A stretch of 61,992 bases of DNA, the filler included, from Collodictyon triciliatum (Eukaryota): the NCBI GenBank assembly GCA_043381765.1. It is 4 parts of 4 records of this genome, joined end to end, with 100 filler letters (N's around TTAATTAATTAA, not from the genome) between each part and the next. Parts side by side here need not be neighbours in the genome. Positions count along the whole stretch, not along the records: positions 52,609 to 61,992 come from JBHJMP010000529.1; 3 more parts are not named here. One strand, written 5' to 3'. The notes beneath the pieces were generated by a model. It saw only the letters and a program-made list of their open reading frames with translations, was not told where the DNA came from and did no database searches. A program made the translations under genes and the position numbers. This document shows positions 58,701 to 61,992 of the stretch, in pieces. Numbering within the stretch: the first letter of the stretch is position 1; the number at the start of each line of letters is the position of its first letter.

Positions 58701-59522
58701 ACAACAGGCAGATAAGATTTCTTGGTCTTCATTTGAGCCAAGCTGGTTAATGAACCTCTCTATCTGGGCTCTTGGGATTTGCTTCGGCAAAGTCCCTCTT
58801 TTGTTGGCTATAAAAGATATTTCGAAAGGGTTATTCGAAAAAAATGTTGACAGACAAACAAACATACATAAATACAAAAAACGAACGAAAAAAAAAACTA
58901 CATACATACATACATACATACATACATACATACATACATACATACATACATACATACATACATACATACATACATACATACATACATACATACATNNNNN
59001 NNNNNNNNNNNNNNNNNNNNNNNNNNNNNNNNNNNNNNNNNNNNNNNNNNNNNNNNNNNNNNNNNNNNNNNNNNNNNNNNNNNNNNNNNNNNNNNCATAC
59101 ATACATACATACATACATACATACATACATACATACATACATACATACATACATACATACATACATACATACATACATACATACATACATACATACATAC
59201 ATACATACATGCATACGTACACATCTTCCTATGATATGGATCTGCCCAAAGGTTGTGTGGCTCAGTATACGGATAACTTACTGGGAATCGACGGTGCCCT
59301 TGACTGCTGCGCTTCCATAGCGTCGTCCCAGTTAATTCGACGGGAATCGTCTAGGGACTTGCGAAGCGGCATACTGGAAGTAGCGTGAGGCGAGTTTGGT
59401 CGCATTGCACCCGTCACTGAGGCTGACAAAGGAGACTTTGCGGATGACTTTGGGCGGCCGGTTTGGCTTTGACTTGGGGACGATGTATTTGCAGAAGACG
59501 AGCGCGGGCGATCGCTGCTCAT
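52737..59522 (-). CDS. Armadillo-repeat protein, about one ARM repeat per exon, 3' end lost at a contig join
   Basis: About 19 exons of ~120-130 nt with phase-1 introns, e.g. DEIRDAFCTSYGGIVPLLKLLNATSNDVLTCCCTAIANCSVN and ESGRQQLLVSGGLSILVEMVRNAPWAVKASSLAAMANASLS. The N-terminus is S/P-rich. Confidence 0.85.
55267..55631. repeat. ~365-bp direct repeat, copy B (contains one ARM exon)
   Basis: Near-identical to 52609-52974. Confidence 0.92.
58899..59209. repeat. Intronic (CATA)n microsatellite with N gap (also at 47344-47405)
   Basis: Seen directly; it explains the spurious MYVC/YIHT ORFs. Confidence 0.9.
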
Positions 59523-60273
59523 TCGTGGTGCTCTGAGGGAGCACTCTTGGTATAAGGATTATCGCCTTCAATCCGTATAAAAGAAAGGGAAGGAAAAGAA
59601 AAGAAAACAAAAAGAAATAGAAAAAAGAAAAAAGAAAAAAGAAAAAAGAAAAAAGAAAAAAGAAAAAAGAAAAAAGAAAAAAGAAAAGAAAAAAGAAAAG
59701 AAAAGAAAAAAGAAAAGAAAAGAAAAAGAAAAAGAAAAAGAAAAAGAAAAAGAAAAAGAAAAGAAAAGAAAAAGAAAAGAAAAGAAAAGAAAAGAAAGGA
59801 GAAAAGAAAAAGGAACAACCCTCATGTAATAGGACTATAGCGCGCCATTCCCTTTGTTTAGTTAAATGAATGCTTTTGTTTGTTTGTTTGTTTGTTTGTT
59901 TGTTTGTTTGTTTGTTTGAAATAGAAAAGTGCATGGGTGCTTGTTGTTGCCAGCGCGGGTTGTTCGAGCTGTCCTGCTCTCTTCCAGCACATTGTTGCTA
60001 TGGGTATGAGGCTGCTTGCCGCAGGAAGACGGGACAAAGAAAATCGTGCATTGGTATTTTATGGAGGCAGAGAAGCGAGGCTGGAAAAGGGCCAGAAGGA
60101 TGAGGAACCAACGAAATGAGTGATAGGATACAGATGCGGCTTTGCACAAGACAGGATGGCGGTAGTCACCAAGCAGTCATTGAGTCAGTCGTCTCCCGAT
60201 TCTCAGATTATTTAGGGCTATTGAGTTTTGATGATGAGCACCACTAAGTCTTGAAGTTATCTTAGCCTATACA

Positions 60274-61734
60274 TTATTGTTCCTCTTTTTGTTGCTGCGT
60301 TGTAAGACGGAATACCATATCTGGAGGGCTGATATAGTTTGAGATTTCACTCGATATCTGCAATATCTGTCCGGGTCTGTGGGAGAGAAACATCGTTGTT
60401 GTTTCGGACGCTTCTGCAATTGTCTTCAGACCATCAAAGTATTGTGTCAAGAGAATCATGCGGGATGCTCTTTCTGAATCAAATAGGTCGCTCGTTTCAA
60501 CCATCGAGTTGATGCTCTCTCGCATACCATCCATTACAGCCTGCAAGGAAATTAAGCCAGGGTTATTTCCATCTTCGCTTCTTTTTCTTCTTAATTGAAA
60601 AACTGATAGAATTTATATTCATTTTGTTATAGTGCAATGACCTGTCGACTTTTGGCCAATCCCACACCAGAGAGGTATTTTGTCTCAGAATGAGCCTCTG
60701 CTGCGCTCACTAAGGCTATTTTATCTCCATCAGCCTACATGTTATAAGTCCGACTCAATATGACAATAAATGTCTTTGAATAGTCAAAATAATTTTATGA
60801 GTTTTATTGTATCACCCCTAATATTTTTTGGTCATTTATGAAAATCCCATGATGGGGTATGAAAAAAAAAATAAAGGAAAGTACCTTCGCTTTGTTGGCA
60901 GCACGCATTCGTTCCTGTGAATTTATTTCATTCATGGCCTCGCGCACAATATCATCAGGTGCGATGTCTGATATAAGAACTTGAACAATGTGGTACCCAA
61001 TGTCAAAAAATTCCTTCTCCACACTCTCTCGAACAGCATTGGCGATATTATCCTTTGATATGAAGAGCTAAAACCAAGCAAAATATGCAATAGTTAATCC
61101 TACTTAAACGTAAGTGCATTCCTCCATGACGCATGAATAAGGTATGTATTGATATTAACCTCATCCAAGCTCATTGTAGGTACCGTAGACCTTACGACTG
61201 ACCGAATGTATGGGTCAATGTGCGCAATAGGGTCAGATAGTTTATAAAATGTGTCGTACAAATCGGTAGGAACAGCTTGATACTGCACAGAAAGCTAAAA
61301 CATTGTCCAATTTTAGTATAAACTCTATTGATATTTTGATTAAAGTGTCTATGCATCAGATTGCAGTGTGTATACTGAAACCCACAGATAGGACGACAAA
61401 GACGTTGTCTCTAGTTTTTCCTTCCATCTTTATGGACATGCTCTACAGAAAAACTATATTTAAAAGGAGAAGGGAACACTATACAACAGTGAATCGCAAA
61501 ATATATGACGACATATGCAATACTTTTGGAGAATTTGCATAAGAAATCATTGTCAACATGATACTCAGGTGTATTTCTATTTAGTCATACTTGAACCCTC
61601 ATGTTGATACTCCCAACCAGCCGATCAAAAGGAGGATATATACACGACAGTCCAGGGTTCAGAAACTGGTGAAACTTTCCACATCTTTCAACAACCCCGG
61701 TCTCTCCTTGATGAACAGTGATGCAGCACTCCAT
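60274..61734 (-). CDS. SPFH/band-7 protein, hypersensitive-induced-response (HIR)-like, 6 exons
   Basis: MECCITVHQGETGVVERCGKFHQFLNPGL...RVQ/...KTRDNVFV...VQYQ...FYKLSDP...DIAPDDIVREAMNEIN...EAHSETKYLSGVGLAKSRQA...LLTQYFDGLKTI matches the HIR-type SPFH pattern. Confidence 0.92.
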
Positions 61735-61992
61735 CGAATTGATTTTTGGCACTGGCCAGTGATAAGTGAACGTGATTTTCTTTTGTAAACAACTTCCTTT
61801 TTGTTTTGGTTTGGTTTGGTTTGGTTCGGTTCGGTTTGATTTGGTTCGGTTTGGTTTCTTTTGTTTTGTTTTGCTTTGGTTTGTTTTTGGTTTGTTTTTG
61901 GTTTGTTTTTGGTTTGTTTTTGGTTTGTTTTTGGTTTGTTTTTGGTTTGTTTTTTTTTGGTTTTTTTTGGTTTTTTTTGGTTTTTTTTTTTT

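Overview
Draft-assembly segment of an AT-rich, very intron-dense eukaryotic genome, probably a flagellated protist; the taxon cannot be fixed from this window. The standard genetic code fits every host gene I traced. I traced about 12 spliced genes by hand: an unknown protein, CFAP410/C21orf2, RLP24/RSL24D1, an STK11IP/nischarin-like LRR protein, a one-LRR-per-exon protein, partial PA28/PSME3, a very large coiled-coil protein, an SLC13/DASS transporter, an ankyrin protein, a membrane-anchored TPR protein, a one-ARM-per-exon protein and an HIR-like band-7 protein. There is also a degenerate L1/Tx1-type LINE RT fragment and a possible LINE ORF1 relic. Microsatellites, N gaps and three artificial TTAATTAATTAA contig linkers are frequent. 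The most notable signal is the splicing system. It includes two AT-AC minor-spliceosome (U12-type) introns in one gene with a divergent branch motif (TTTCCAT(T)AA), a third AT-AC signal set nested in a GT-AG intron (possible twintron), several GC-AG introns, and very degenerate major splice sites. All gene models are manual inferences without RNA data.
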